From a plasmid, in sequence record NZ_LC532224.1: a DNA stretch of 64,000 nt, one strand, 5' to 3'. The notes under the pieces were generated by a model. That model made no database searches. It saw only the letters and a list, made by a program, of their open reading frames with translations, and was not told where the DNA came from. A program made the translations under genes and the position numbers. Shown one piece after another: positions 1 through 10,873 of the stretch. Position 1 is the stretch's first letter; each line of letters opens with the position of its first letter.

Positions 1-66
1 AGATCAAATGCTTTCTCTGTTATAAGCCGTTGATTGTTTGGGTATGAAAACACCGGAGACCCAACC

Positions 67-501
67 ATGAAAAAGATCCTTGTATCATTTGTTGCCATTA
101 TGGCTGTCGCTTCATCCGCCATGGCTGCAGAGACAATGAACATGCATGACCAGGTAAATAATGCCCAGGCACCCGCCCATCAGATGCAGTCAACCTCTGA
201 AAAAAGCGCTGTTCAGGGAGACAGTATGACAATGATGGATATGAGCGGACACGATCAGGCTGCAATGTCCCATGAAATGATGCAAAACGGCAACGCTTCT
301 GCCCACCAGGACATGGCGGAGATGCATAAAAAAATGATGAAAGGCAAACCAGGGGCCACCAACGAATCAGCAACGTCATTTTCAGAAATGAACGAGCATG
401 AAAAAGCCGCTGTTGTGCACGAGAAGGCGAATAATGGTCAGTCTTCCGTTATTCATCAGCAGCAGGCTGAAAAGCATCGCAGCCAGATCACCCAGAATTA
501 A
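67..501 (+). CDS. pcoE: PcoE/SilE-family periplasmic Met/His-rich metal-binding protein
   Basis: Signal peptide MKKILVSFVAIMAVASSAMA followed by repeated MxxH/HxxM motifs; the rest of the ORF is Met/His-rich. Recognised from memory as PcoE-like. Confidence 0.75.
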   Translation: MKKILVSFVAIMAVASSAMAAETMNMHDQVNNAQAPAHQMQSTSEKSAVQGDSMTMMDMSGHDQAAMSHEMMQNGNASAHQDMAEMHKKMMKGKPGATNESATSFSEMNEHEKAAVVHEKANNGQSSVIHQQQAEKHRSQITQN

Positions 502-552
502 CCCGCAGCTCCACTTGTTAGACCCTCATTTGACGCCGAAGTCACTGGCTTA

Positions 553-580
553 CGCTCCCGTCCGGGAGCGTTTTTTTTAT
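553..580 (+). terminator. Rho-independent terminator after pcoE
   Basis: Hairpin CGCTCCCG-TCC-GGGAGCG followed by T8. Confidence 0.7.
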
Positions 581-758
581 TCTTTCATTTATCATTGAGT
601 CTTATGGGAATGGATTTAATCAGTTACTTAATCCCTGCCTCAGCAACAAGTCCCGGAAAGAGCAGCTTTATATTCCGGGTTTTTCTGCTCATAACCTCAA
701 CGGTGGCGCTTAGGATGTACTTTGTAAGTACCCAGAGTGTGTGTCATCAGTACCGGTG

Positions 759-1883
759 TTAATGCACCAGCCCATTCCAGCCATGTATACCCATGTAAAT
801 CCCAACAGCAGCAATCAGGGCGCTTGAAATATAGGGGGCTCTTCTGGCGATGGTATTGAAGCCACTCCAGCGTTTGGCGACCTGACGAACGCTGATCGCC
901 GCACCCACTCCAACCGTTACGAGGGTCAATGCCAGGCCGATACTGAAACAAACAACCAGTGTGGCACCCAGCGTAAGCGCTTTAAGCTGAAGGCAGATCA
1001 ACAATACAGTTATAGCTGCCGGGCAAGGGATAAGCCCTCCTGTCAGTCCAAATATCAGGATTTGCCCGTTGGTTACTTCTTTCCCGTCGAAGCGGCGTTT
1101 TATGTCATTGGCATGAGCCAGTTCGTGAGCGTCCTGATACTCTTTCGAATTCACATCCAGCCCATCAAGCTCAGAGTGGTCATGGTCATGGTCGTGTTCA
1201 GCGAACGCCACATCATAGTCATGGACATGACCACGATGTCCCAGAGACAGACGTACGTTGAAACTGTGAGGCTCAGGGATGGGAGATGTTGACTCCAGAT
1301 AATCACCATGATCAACAAATTCAAAAGTCTGAGAGATCGTACTGTTTTCCCGAAGTGTGGTTAATGAGATATCTTCAGAAGCCCATCTTTGGCCACTAAG
1401 AGTGCGTAGCCGCCAGTGGGGAAGTTGTCCTTCTTCAAAAATGGACAGTTCAACTTTTCCATGGCCAGTATCGATCAACCTTGTTTCGTCATGGTGATGA
1501 TGTTCATTCTCCTGCATTCCCTCCAGCCAGTTTTTCTCACCGCTCCAGGTTCGCCAGAACATCCAAAAAGCCGTACCAAGGATGATCACTGAAGAGACCA
1601 TCTGTAGCCAGGGTTCGGCTGATTCTGCGGTAAATTTATTACTGATATACATCCCTCCAAAAGCAATCAGCCATACGACTGCAGTGTGCGACAATGTTGC
1701 CGCGACACCCAGCATCACGGCCTGACGTACGGTGCCTTTTATAGCAATGATGAATGCTGCCATCATTGTTTTGGAGTGCCCGGGCTCCAGTCCATGAAGC
1801 GCGCCAAGCAGAATGGCGCTGGGGATGAAAAACCATGCGTTGCCTTGCTGAAGAAGTGTCGTAAATTCGTTCATGAGAATCAT
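759..1883 (-). CDS. rcnA: RcnA-family Ni/Co efflux permease with extended His-rich loop
   Basis: 374-aa membrane protein with a central HHHH...HDHDHDH loop, divergent from rcnR. Confidence 0.8.
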   Translation of the reverse strand: MILMNEFTTLLQQGNAWFFIPSAILLGALHGLEPGHSKTMMAAFIIAIKGTVRQAVMLGVAATLSHTAVVWLIAFGGMYISNKFTAESAEPWLQMVSSVIILGTAFWMFWRTWSGEKNWLEGMQENEHHHHDETRLIDTGHGKVELSIFEEGQLPHWRLRTLSGQRWASEDISLTTLRENSTISQTFEFVDHGDYLESTSPIPEPHSFNVRLSLGHRGHVHDYDVAFAEHDHDHDHSELDGLDVNSKEYQDAHELAHANDIKRRFDGKEVTNGQILIFGLTGGLIPCPAAITVLLICLQLKALTLGATLVVCFSIGLALTLVTVGVGAAISVRQVAKRWSGFNTIARRAPYISSALIAAVGIYMGIHGWNGLVH

Positions 1884-1904
1884 TCTTGGTTATTAAGTGT
1901 AGGC

Positions 1905-1950
1905 CGGATTCTACTCCCCCCCAGTAAAATATACTACCCCCCAGTAGAAT
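1905..1950. promoter_or_regulatory. Tandem RcnR operator sites (TACT-C6/G6-AGTA) in the rcnR-rcnA intergenic region
   Basis: Two copies of TACTCCCCCCAGTA / TACTACCCCCCAGTAG read directly. This matches the known RcnR G-tract operator architecture. Confidence 0.6.
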
Positions 1951-1996
1951 AACGCTGGTATAGTTACATAAAATATCCAGGAGAGTGAGAGCCCAC

Positions 1997-2269
1997 ATGT
2001 CACATACCATCCGCGATAAACAAAAACTGAAAGCACGTACAAGCAAGATCCAGGGGCAGGTTGCTGCGCTGAAAAAAATGCTTGATGAACCTCACGAATG
2101 TGCCGCTGTACTGCAACAAATAGCCGCCATACGTGGTGCCGTGAATGGTTTATTGCGTGAAGTGATTAAAGGACATTTGACTGAACATATTGTTCATGAA
2201 AGTGAAGAACAGAAACGAGAAGAAGACCTGGACGTTGTGCTGAAGGTTCTGGATTCTTACATCAAGTGA
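1997..2269 (+). CDS. rcnR: RcnR Ni/Co-responsive repressor (CsoR/RcnR family)
   Basis: 90 aa from [22 protein letters not shown]..., near-identical in pattern to E. coli RcnR as I recall it. The ORF-track start is 12 nt upstream. Confidence 0.85.
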   Translation: MSHTIRDKQKLKARTSKIQGQVAALKKMLDEPHECAAVLQQIAAIRGAVNGLLREVIKGHLTEHIVHESEEQKREEDLDVVLKVLDSYIK

Positions 2270-2734
2270 CAGTTTGGCTAAAAGCCCTGAGCATTAATTT
2301 ATCTAAATAACACGTTATCAAGTGACGGTTTTGGGCTGTTTGTAGCGGCATAGTGAGTTTGTTTAATCAATGAGCTTTAAGATGCCCCCCTTCATGCAAG
2401 GCAACGCGTACATTTCTGGTACATCTACTTCCCTTACTTTGCTCAGGGCAACCCACATTGTTAAAGCCTCTACTCGCTGACCATCAAAATCACCCAACGT
2501 CAGATAATGGAAAAAAATTTTGGATGACATTTTGAAACGTGTCCTCTGCTGTGAACGTCGAGAGATGCTACGCGAGAAAGGAGATGACCTACTTAGTATC
2601 CTGTTAAGTAGGTCTATCTGAAGAAGTAGACAACTTTAAAGTCTTTTTCATGTTAAAGGAGACAACTTTAATGTCTGTGTACACCTACCTTTGCTCAAAT
2701 CAAAATGTTCTGACATACCAAAATGGAGTGTAAA

Positions 2735-3553
2735 ATGACTCAAAACCAGGGTTCTGAGCCAGTACCGGCGAGCCGGACAGGGCAGCTCATCAGCGCCCGG
2801 GATATGGCCATGCAGAAATTCGAAGAAGGGATGCGGTTAATCTCGGAAGCGTCGGAACTGTGCGGTCTCTCTCTCTTCACCAGCAGAATTATGCAGCCCA
2901 ACGCATTTGGTCTTCCGTCGTCACTGGATCGCACCATCGAGGAGGGGCGTAAGGAAATTGACCGTAAAACGTGGAAAAGGCTCTTTGAAGAAATAGGTAT
3001 GGACCGGTACTGGAACCATAAGCAAAAAGAAGCCTTTAACGAATCCCTACGTACGGATCCGCCCGTCGCTTCCCTGGAGATTGTTAAGGGAACATTACAG
3101 CATGCACTGGCTAACAGACGAGACACGCTTGCAGAAGGTTTCGTTGATGTTCTCAACAAGCTTGACCGAAGTTTTAAAAGCAATGCACGGCAATATACAA
3201 TGCCGAAAAAGCTTGTTCTTCGGGGGATTTTTCCTGGTGTGAACGTACTGAGGTACAACGGTTTCTCGCAGGACAATCACTTTTGTTTACGCGACTTTGA
3301 GAATATTGTATGCATCTGTTCTGATACTCCAACACCTGCAACCGGCGGTGGGCTGAGTATGGTCGACAGGCTGACGGCCATGAGAAATACAGATTTCACA
3401 GGCGAGGTCTGCGATGAGAATGGCTGGCGGTGTCGCCTGTTTGAGAATGGAAACGTTCATATTTGTATCGACAGTATCTCGCTTCTGAATGCTCTGAACG
3501 ATCTTATCAGCATATATTTTGCAAACCAGCTTCCGGCCGCAGGAAAAAAATGA
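2735..3553 (+). CDS. Hypothetical plasmid protein (about 272 aa)
   Basis: Long ORF with no recognised motif. Its stop overlaps the downstream coiled-coil gene (ATGATGA). Confidence 0.5.
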   Translation: MTQNQGSEPVPASRTGQLISARDMAMQKFEEGMRLISEASELCGLSLFTSRIMQPNAFGLPSSLDRTIEEGRKEIDRKTWKRLFEEIGMDRYWNHKQKEAFNESLRTDPPVASLEIVKGTLQHALANRRDTLAEGFVDVLNKLDRSFKSNARQYTMPKKLVLRGIFPGVNVLRYNGFSQDNHFCLRDFENIVCICSDTPTPATGGGLSMVDRLTAMRNTDFTGEVCDENGWRCRLFENGNVHICIDSISLLNALNDLISIYFANQLPAAGKK

Positions 3554-4755
3554 TGATCGAAAACGATAAAGAAAAAAGCCTGAACGATGCTACCTCGCCA
3601 GAGGTGCAGAATGACATCCGCAGCGAATCCACAGAAAAATCAAAGGAAATGGGTCGTTCAAGGTACTCATCTATTGCGATGATCGATTACTTCAATGCAA
3701 TCGAACGTCTGTGCGAAGAGAAAAAAATTAACCCGGAAAATATCGATCTGAGCTTCAAAGTTCACTGGCTCAGAAACGCTGTTGGCGGCTCGTTTGCAAG
3801 GTCACAGGAGATGTTCGCTGAGTACCAGAAGTATGTTAAAGAGGTTCCTGAAGAGGCCCGTTACCTGGATATACCCGATGAGGTGAAGGTTGCACTCGGC
3901 GATATTATCTCGTACATCACCTGGCACTACCGTAGAAGCTATACCGCAATACAGAGTGATAGTGTTAAAAAAGCTGAAGCACGTAGCATGCAGCTGGAGG
4001 AGGAGGTAACGCAGCTTTTACAGCGGCTTGAGCAAAGCGCTACCGATATGGATGAGCTGAAACTTGAGAATCAGGCGCTACAGGGTCGATTAGAGATCCG
4101 GGACAGTACCGTCAAGGAGTTAGAAACAAGGCTGAATGTTGCCGAAGCAGAACTCGAAACCTGCCATCACCAGTTAGATAGCACACGGCATGAATTAAGC
4201 CTCGCACAGCAGTCAAATGACTCACTCTCCCAGCAACTGGCTGAACGTAAAACAGAGATCGCTGGTCACCTTGAATATCAAAAAAAGCTGAACGAAGAGA
4301 TCAACACTCAGCGTTCTGATAATGCCGGTCTTTCCAGACAATGCGACCAGTTAAGTCAGACTGTGTCAGATACAAAGGCAGAGAGGGACAGGTTTGAACA
4401 GGAATTGATTGCTGCACAGAACCTCTGTGCTGAGCTGAAAAGTGCACTGTCCGGGAAGGAGGGTGACCTGGTGGCGGTGAATGCCGAGCTTACTGAACTC
4501 CATAAACTAAACGAGTCGCTGAGCGCCGACCTGAAAAAAGTAACTTTGGTCAGCCAGGGCTATGAAGCGGAAGTGGCTGAACAAAGCAGTGAATTAAAAA
4601 CGCTCCAGTCCAAAGTAATGAAGCTGGAAGCTACCCTGGAGGCAGAGAAAACAATCTCAGAATCCCTGAAAGGCACCATTGATACATTGACTGGTGCAAT
4701 GGCAGGGGGAGGTACTGGAAAGTCAAAACAGCCGCGTAGTAGAAAAACATCATGA
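3550..4755 (+). CDS. KfrA-like protein: N-terminal domain plus long alpha-helical coiled coil
   Basis: From MMIENDKEKS. About 250 aa of heptad-like Q/E/L-rich repeats (LEEEVTQLLQRLEQ...). Translationally coupled to the upstream ORF. Confidence 0.45.
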   Translation: MMIENDKEKSLNDATSPEVQNDIRSESTEKSKEMGRSRYSSIAMIDYFNAIERLCEEKKINPENIDLSFKVHWLRNAVGGSFARSQEMFAEYQKYVKEVPEEARYLDIPDEVKVALGDIISYITWHYRRSYTAIQSDSVKKAEARSMQLEEEVTQLLQRLEQSATDMDELKLENQALQGRLEIRDSTVKELETRLNVAEAELETCHHQLDSTRHELSLAQQSNDSLSQQLAERKTEIAGHLEYQKKLNEEINTQRSDNAGLSRQCDQLSQTVSDTKAERDRFEQELIAAQNLCAELKSALSGKEGDLVAVNAELTELHKLNESLSADLKKVTLVSQGYEAEVAEQSSELKTLQSKVMKLEATLEAEKTISESLKGTIDTLTGAMAGGGTGKSKQPRSRKTS

Positions 4756-4804
4756 TAAATGAAGCCAGGTTGATAGACTTCTCTGCATCCCCTGGCACAG
4801 TAGA

Positions 4805-4845
4805 CCTTCTGCGGACATTCAGCCCGTCCGCAGGAGTTTTCGTCC
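4805..4845 (+). terminator. Hairpin terminator downstream of the coiled-coil gene
   Basis: CTGCGGAC-N9-GTCCGCAG followed by GTTTTCGT. Confidence 0.5.
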
Positions 4846-5034
4846 TTCAGTCAACAAATGCACTACCTTTTTTGAGTCTCCACTTTCCAGTGCAGAAAAC
4901 ACGTTACCGATTTTACCAACAGCTTGTATCTGAGTGATAACCCCAGTCTTGTAATCATCAAGGATCCCTGACAGGAAAGCGTTCAGTTTTGTCTGTTCGC
5001 TTAGTGAAAGCATGTATGACATTTTTTCTCCATT

Positions 5035-6354
5035 TTAAGCAGGTGTGCCAGTTGAAAGAGGTTTACGTGATTCTGGAAAATGAGGCAGCACCATAGTTTC
5101 AGATGCTGTGGTCGCATCCCAGTGCCACCATCCATAAGGCCCATATTCACGGTTGTAATAATCTTTTTTGAGTTGCTTTCGGGCCAGATAAGCAGGAGTG
5201 GCCATACCAAATACTTCCATCGGGAACGGCTTATCGCTTTTTGTGTCGAGCAGGTAGAAGTCAGGGAACACCTCACTAATACTCGCATCATAACGCATGG
5301 GCTTAACGTACTGCCGGTGCTCTGCATCCAGCTTTTCTGCAACAACCGCCTCATAGGAGGAGTCCAGAGGTATCCAGTTCTCGCTAACGTGCATCAGCAC
5401 AATTTGATGAGCTCTTACAGAAGGGCCTCTGCCGGTTACCGCAGCTGGTGACGTCAACGCAAAGACAACTATTTTCGCCCCGGATTTCCATGCTGCGTAC
5501 TCCGATGAAAATCGTTTCTTTACGCTATCCCAATGGCCTTCTGAATTGAAAAAAATCAGCGGTAGCCCCCCAAAATTCCGCAGGGGTAAAAATTTAAGTG
5601 GCTTCTCATGCTTTTCAGCATCGTAGCGAGGTAAAACTGACAGGAGCATGAGACGTTTATCACTCATCGCCTGTGATGAAAGACGCTGAATTTGCGACTG
5701 AGCGACAGGTTGTTTCGGGTCAGGTACACCAATGAATAAATGGTCACCTATGCAGGCTCTGCCGGTACGAATTTGTTTAGCGGTTTCAAGCAGACGATAC
5801 CGTACCAGTGAATCGTTACGTTTCCCTGCCATTTTCGGGTACCAGACATTCAGACCAGACTCTGTCCACAAAAGACTAAGCAAGCCCAGGAGGGTCATTG
5901 AGGCCTGACCTCCTTCTGGTCGCTGAACATGGGGCAGGGGAGGCACTTCTGATTTTTCAGGAGGATCTTTCTCTGTCATACCGATACCGAGCCTTACAGC
6001 CATATCACCTTCGGTTGTAATCCGGACCACACCACTCGCATATCCTTTCAGGCCGGTATGCCGGGCATCAAGGGAGAAGAATACACAGGAAGGATCATGC
6101 TCAATGCCCGTGTTAGCGGCTTTGACGAGAATAAAGGCATCACCGTTCGGTAAAGCACGAACATAAAGTCGCTTTTCTCCTTTTCCACGACATCCGCAGG
6201 TGATGACTGATTTTTGACCTGAGGTGTGGTGTGCCTTTTTAAGAGCCGACTGCCACCCTTTAGCAAACTCATCCTGCGTTTGAAAGTCAGGTGAGTACCT
6301 TTTGACGTTTGGATCGTCGTCGTAAGCAATCATCACTGCGAATTTTTGGCTCAT
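5035..6354 (-). CDS. Hypothetical 439-aa protein, last large gene of the dcm operon
   Basis: Same strand, 250 bp downstream of dcm with only a 56-aa ORF between. No motif recognised. Confidence 0.6.
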   Translation of the reverse strand: MSQKFAVMIAYDDDPNVKRYSPDFQTQDEFAKGWQSALKKAHHTSGQKSVITCGCRGKGEKRLYVRALPNGDAFILVKAANTGIEHDPSCVFFSLDARHTGLKGYASGVVRITTEGDMAVRLGIGMTEKDPPEKSEVPPLPHVQRPEGGQASMTLLGLLSLLWTESGLNVWYPKMAGKRNDSLVRYRLLETAKQIRTGRACIGDHLFIGVPDPKQPVAQSQIQRLSSQAMSDKRLMLLSVLPRYDAEKHEKPLKFLPLRNFGGLPLIFFNSEGHWDSVKKRFSSEYAAWKSGAKIVVFALTSPAAVTGRGPSVRAHQIVLMHVSENWIPLDSSYEAVVAEKLDAEHRQYVKPMRYDASISEVFPDFYLLDTKSDKPFPMEVFGMATPAYLARKQLKKDYYNREYGPYGWWHWDATTASETMVLPHFPESRKPLSTGTPA

Positions 6355-6375
6355 AGTAGTCTCCTAAACAGGAAG

Positions 6376-6543
6376 TTTAATATCCCAACCAAAGCAACAC
6401 TTCCTGAGCGTCATACTGTTCCTTTACGCCCATGTCGCTAAAGAATTCTTCGAAATCTGTTTCGGGAACGCAATGCCTGGACAGTTCTTGTAATGCTCGT
6501 TCTTTAGATACCGTCTCACCTTCAGCTGATTCGAAATACGTCA
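6376..6543 (-). CDS. Small 56-aa ORF between dcm and the 439-aa gene (MTYFESAEGETVSKERALQELSRH...)
   Basis: Found by manual translation; below the ORF-track length cutoff. Confidence 0.3.
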
Positions 6544-6604
6544 TGGTTGACCTCTGACATTATTACAACAATCTTAAGCATTTAAATTGATGAAGGAGCT
6601 CAGG

Positions 6605-8074
6605 TCAGCTGACTTCGTCGTAAAACTGCCGCAAGCGCTGGGAGGCTGCAAATTCAATTCGAGACTTCAGCAGTTTGGCGACGGCCGCAAAGACATCAAC
6701 GACCACGGAGTTCCCAAACTGTCTGTAAGCCTGTGTATTGGACACAGGGATACGGAAAACACTTTCCCCGGGTTTATCGAAGCCCATTAGCCTGCTGCAT
6801 TCACGTGGCGTTAGCATGCGTGGCCGACGGTCCATGTTGTATGTGTTATGGAAATCAGTTTCTCCCAGCTCATGAGACCAGCCCCGATCAATAAGAATTT
6901 CAGATCCGTCTTTCATATAGCGGCTTGAGAGGGTTCTGGTGACACTATTAACATTGGAAGGATCTACTAGTCCAAAACCAAAACCATTGCCTTTTGCCGC
7001 ATGTTTCTTTGCATAGTTGTATAAGTACTCCCAGAGTTTAGGGGAGAGGATGTATTTACTATCTACGCTCGGATCCAGTAAATCTGAGAGAGAAGGGCGC
7101 TTGTCCGGATAAAAGTCTTTAATGTCTCTCAGAGTAAAACCGTCTTTCAGACGTAGGTCGCGGCGAAAACCAATAAGGACGATACGTTCACGGTGCTGGG
7201 GTCGGAAATGACGGCCATCGATGACTTTAGGATCATCCGCGCCCGTGCTTTCGCTGTTTGCGACGTCGTAGCCAAGCTCATCGAGCGTTTTCATGATGAT
7301 GTTAAAGGTATTACCCTTATCGTGACTCTTCAGATTTTTTACGTTTTCCAGAACAAAAATTGCAGGTTGTTTTGCCCGGATGATCCTGGCCACATCAAAG
7401 AAGAGCGTACCCTGAGTGTCGCACTCGAAACCGTGTTTGCGACCCATAGAGTTCTTTTTACTGACACCGGCGATGCTGAATGGCTGGCATGGAAATCCCG
7501 CAAGAAGAACATCATGATCCGGGATAGAGGCATCGATAAATTTGTATGCCTCGTCATCAGTAACCTCGGGCCGGTTGCTAAGAGTGATGTCACGGATGTC
7601 TGAATTGAAGCGGTGCTCGTTCTCATCGCAATACCAGTTCGCCCGGTAAGTACGGCTGGAATAAGTATTCCATTCGCTCGTGAAAAGACATTTACCACCG
7701 ATGGCATCAAATCCGCTTCGCAGTCCACCTATCCCTGCAAACAGATCGATAAAGCTAAAGTGCCTGTCCTCATAATCAGCAGGTCGTGAAGGTATTAAAG
7801 TCTGTAGATAGCGTCCATCTGCGATACTCAGATCACAATGCTCAGGTATGCATGTAACCTGACGTTTAAGGGATGCACGGGACCAATTACTGCCATTTTC
7901 ATCATTTAATACCTGAGCCAGATATTTCAGGTCATAAATAGTCGAAGCTGTTAACAAAGTTTTGTGGATCAGAGATGGTGTTTTATCCACATCATTCAGG
8001 TCTGTCTCAAGATCATGAGTGTAACGTTTCATCCAAACTCTCTCAGGAATAATATCTTTGAGATAGATTAACAC
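6605..8074 (-). CDS. dcm: DNA (cytosine-5)-methyltransferase, Dcm/EcoRII-methylase-like
   Basis: Motif I DLFAGIGG and motif [13 protein letters not shown]. Collinear with E. coli Dcm along the whole length. Confidence 0.9.
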   Translation of the reverse strand: MLIYLKDIIPERVWMKRYTHDLETDLNDVDKTPSLIHKTLLTASTIYDLKYLAQVLNDENGSNWSRASLKRQVTCIPEHCDLSIADGRYLQTLIPSRPADYEDRHFSFIDLFAGIGGLRSGFDAIGGKCLFTSEWNTYSSRTYRANWYCDENEHRFNSDIRDITLSNRPEVTDDEAYKFIDASIPDHDVLLAGFPCQPFSIAGVSKKNSMGRKHGFECDTQGTLFFDVARIIRAKQPAIFVLENVKNLKSHDKGNTFNIIMKTLDELGYDVANSESTGADDPKVIDGRHFRPQHRERIVLIGFRRDLRLKDGFTLRDIKDFYPDKRPSLSDLLDPSVDSKYILSPKLWEYLYNYAKKHAAKGNGFGFGLVDPSNVNSVTRTLSSRYMKDGSEILIDRGWSHELGETDFHNTYNMDRRPRMLTPRECSRLMGFDKPGESVFRIPVSNTQAYRQFGNSVVVDVFAAVAKLLKSRIEFAASQRLRQFYDEVS

Positions 8075-8543
8075 GCTTAATTTGGATTATTTTTTGGTTC
8101 AGGTTCTAAATTTATTGTGATTATTCTGCCTTTAAGTTGCAAAAAGATTGGTTTTAAGCCCGCCCATGAAATAATGACTTGTTAAAATACTGCCTGTAAA
8201 TAGGCTTGTGGATACATGTCTGTACTCAACAAATTCAGGTGAAATGATGTTTTTTTTTACAAAGTTACTTTTGCCCATCATGATTGTTGTATTCCCAGTG
8301 GCGTCCTGGGGGAACTCAACAACTTTTGAGGCAAAGGTGGTTAAGATTGTTGACGGTGACACCATAACTGCGTTGGATGCTCAAAACACAACCATCAAAA
8401 TACGGATGTATGGTATAGACGCTCCTGAATCTAAACAGGCTTTTGGCCAAAAAGCAAAACAGGCCTTAACCACAGCTATAGCAACTAAGGTGATGCTGCC
8501 AACTTACTGATTTAGTGTATGATGGTGTTTTTGAGGTGCTCCA

Positions 8544-8819
8544 GTGGCTTCTGTTTCTATCAGCTGTCCCTCCTGTTCAGCTACTGACGGGGTGGTGCGT
8601 AACGGCAAAAGCACTGCCGGACATCAGCGCTATCTCTGCTCTCACTGCCGTAAAACATGGCAACTGCAGTTCACTTACACCGCTTCTCAACCCGGTACGC
8701 ACCAGAAAATCATTGATATGGCCATGAATGGCGTTGGATGCCGGGCAACCGCCCGCATTATGGGCGTTGGCCTCAACACGATTTTCCGCCATTTAAAAAA
8801 CTCAGGCCGCAGTCGGTAA
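8544..8819 (+). CDS. insA: IS1 InsA
   Basis: [23 protein letters not shown]... Confidence 0.95.
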   Translation: MASVSISCPSCSATDGVVRNGKSTAGHQRYLCSHCRKTWQLQFTYTASQPGTHQKIIDMAMNGVGCRATARIMGVGLNTIFRHLKNSGRSR

Positions 8820-9241
8820 CCTCGCGCATACAGCCGGGCAGTGACGTCATCGTCTGCGCGGAAATGGACGAACAGTGGGGATACGTCGGGGCTAAATCGC
8901 GCCAGCGCTGGCTGTTTTACGCGTATGACAGGCTCCGGAAGACGGTTGTTGCGCACGTATTCGGTGAACGCACGATGGCGACGCTGGGGCGTCTTATGAG
9001 CCTGCTGTCACCCTTTGACGTGGTGATATGGATGACGGATGGCTGGCCGCTGTATGAATCCCGCCTGAAGGGAAAGCTGCACGTAATCAGCAAGCGATAT
9101 ACGCAGCGAATTGAGCGGCATAACCTGAATCTGAGGCAGCACCTGGCACGGCTGGGACGGAAGTCGCTGTCGTTCTCAAAATCGGTGGAGCTGCATGACA
9201 AAGTCATCGGGCATTATCTGAACATAAAACACTATCAATAA
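8738..9241 (+). CDS. insB: IS1 InsB (made as InsAB' by frameshift)
   Basis: Canonical InsB reading frame. Confidence 0.9.
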   Translation: MPGNRPHYGRWPQHDFPPFKKLRPQSVTSRIQPGSDVIVCAEMDEQWGYVGAKSRQRWLFYAYDRLRKTVVAHVFGERTMATLGRLMSLLSPFDVVIWMTDGWPLYESRLKGKLHVISKRYTQRIERHNLNLRQHLARLGRKSLSFSKSVELHDKVIGHYLNIKHYQ

Positions 9242-9541
9242 GTTGGAGTCATTACCAGCAACTAAAATCGTTACCGTGATAGACCATGGTACGGATATCT
9301 ATGGCCGTATGTTAGGTACCATCTGGTTAGATGGATATGATATCAATGCCTCTATGGTGGACAGTGGATATGCGTGGGTTTATCGGTTCGAAGATAACGC
9401 CATTGTCCCTGGCTATATCAAATATGAATCCGCAGCACAAAAGGAGGCAAAAGGGTTATGGGCAGACACCAACCCTGTCCCACCATGGCAGTGGAGACAG
9501 GCAAACGAAAAGCCCAGAAAGGTGAAAGGGAAGAAATAACC

Positions 9542-10438
9542 ATGATGAAAGAGCCTCATCCGTTACTTCAGTTGGTACTAAACGATTCCGGTCGTCTAAC
9601 CATGCCTGTTTATTATAGAGATCAACAGTATTGCCCGACTTGCCTTACAAAGGTGTTGAAGAGTGAGGATGGAAGTTTGGCGCACCTCGGGGAAATAAAT
9701 CAAAATACATGTAGACCTTCTATTTCAGTAGTTGTGACAAAAGCAATTATTGAAATGTTATGTGACGGGGAAAAAATATTTGTAAATCCAATACGATACC
9801 GAGGCCGGGTGCTGGCACCCTCAGTAATTTTTTCTCCCGACACTCACACTTTCAAACCGTTTATAAATACAGACTATCAGCCTGTGGGAGCAAACTGGAA
9901 AAGTGAAAAGGGATATAAACTCGGTCTGTTTTATCTCAAAGATCGAGCCAACTCTATCAATAAAGAGGAATTTGATTTCATTGCCGTTATAGACCCTAAG
10001 GCAATGCAGAAAGAATTTATTTCGGCCTGGTCTGAGGTTGATGAAAAAAATCCATTGGAAACGCTGAAGCAGATCTTACGATCTAAAAACAACTCTTCTT
10101 TATGGGTAAAATGGCCTGGCAAAATTGAGCATGCGCAAAAAGGAAATTGCAACGAAAATTACTGGTTCGATTATCAATCTGATAATCAGGAAGTGAACTG
10201 TACGGTCTCTGTTGTAGGTATCGAAGGTAACAGTTCCGGTGAGACAATTTATAGATTGCAAACTTTGCTAAAGCGTAAGCTCAATGAATATCAACTGGTT
10301 CGGTCTTTAGGGACTATTATGCTTCTTGATAATACCGGGAATATGATTCCATCAAACCATCCTTATTTTGAAGTCATCTCAAAAGCATGTATAAATGGAG
10401 TGCGTGACTTTGTTCGTCAAAACCCGTGGGTAGTCTGA
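9542..10438 (+). CDS. Hypothetical 299-aa protein immediately downstream of nuc
   Basis: Starts MMKEPHPLL 3 nt after the nuc stop. AT-rich. Confidence 0.55.
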   Translation: MMKEPHPLLQLVLNDSGRLTMPVYYRDQQYCPTCLTKVLKSEDGSLAHLGEINQNTCRPSISVVVTKAIIEMLCDGEKIFVNPIRYRGRVLAPSVIFSPDTHTFKPFINTDYQPVGANWKSEKGYKLGLFYLKDRANSINKEEFDFIAVIDPKAMQKEFISAWSEVDEKNPLETLKQILRSKNNSSLWVKWPGKIEHAQKGNCNENYWFDYQSDNQEVNCTVSVVGIEGNSSGETIYRLQTLLKRKLNEYQLVRSLGTIMLLDNTGNMIPSNHPYFEVISKACINGVRDFVRQNPWVV

Positions 10439-10485
10439 CGGTCAACTATAAAGCATAATATAATTAGTAATAACAAGGAACAGAC

Positions 10486-10800
10486 ATGAATGAAAACTCA
10501 GTAATCTTAATAAGTTTATTTTGGTTTTTTTTTGGATCGAGTGTTGTAGCTGGTTTTATGGATGCATCATTATATTGCTGGATTTTTGCAGCCATAAGCG
10601 CATTGTTTCTTCTTTCGGTGATACAAACACCAAAGGAGTTAACGGTATCTATTCTTCTTGCGGTACTTATGGCAAGCTCCGCAGGTGTTTTCATTCTGGC
10701 TTATAAAGTCAAAACGAATGTCGTTTCACCAATCTATCTCTTAAAAAAGCCTACTGCATACATGGCTGAAATAGATAACCGAAGGATTCATGGTTACTAA
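10486..10800 (+). CDS. Small membrane protein (104 aa)
   Basis: Two predicted TM helices. AT-rich island. Confidence 0.4.
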   Translation: MNENSVILISLFWFFFGSSVVAGFMDASLYCWIFAAISALFLLSVIQTPKELTVSILLAVLMASSAGVFILAYKVKTNVVSPIYLLKKPTAYMAEIDNRRIHGY

Positions 10801-10873
10801 ATATTTTGCAATTGCATCATTTGACGGTCCGGGTTTATTTACCCACAGCATCGACTAATTCAAGAGGTTACAT

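Larger units (their letters stand above)
8489..9256 (+). mobile_element. IS1, complete 768 bp, with 9-bp target-site duplication AGCAACTAA
   Basis: Ends GGTGATGCTGCCAACTTACTG ... AGTTGGAGTCATTACC. Duplications at 8480-8488 and 9257-9265. Confidence 0.95.
8208..9539 (+). pseudogene. nuc: Thermonuclease (SNase-like, plasmid nuc) interrupted by IS1
   Basis: N-terminal fragment 8208-8488 (VVKIVDGDTI...IRMYGIDAPE) and C-terminal fragment 9257-9539 are collinear once IS1 is removed. Confidence 0.75.

Noticed and set aside
1062-1292. Small plus-strand ORFs within rcnA and at 697-951
   Set aside because: Antisense or overlapping frames of the RcnA gene. No independent support.
4819-5022. 67-aa ORF downstream of the 439-aa gene
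   Set aside because: Its last codons are encoded by the hairpin of the plus-strand terminator at 4805-4845. It is probably not a real gene, so it is omitted from the feature list.
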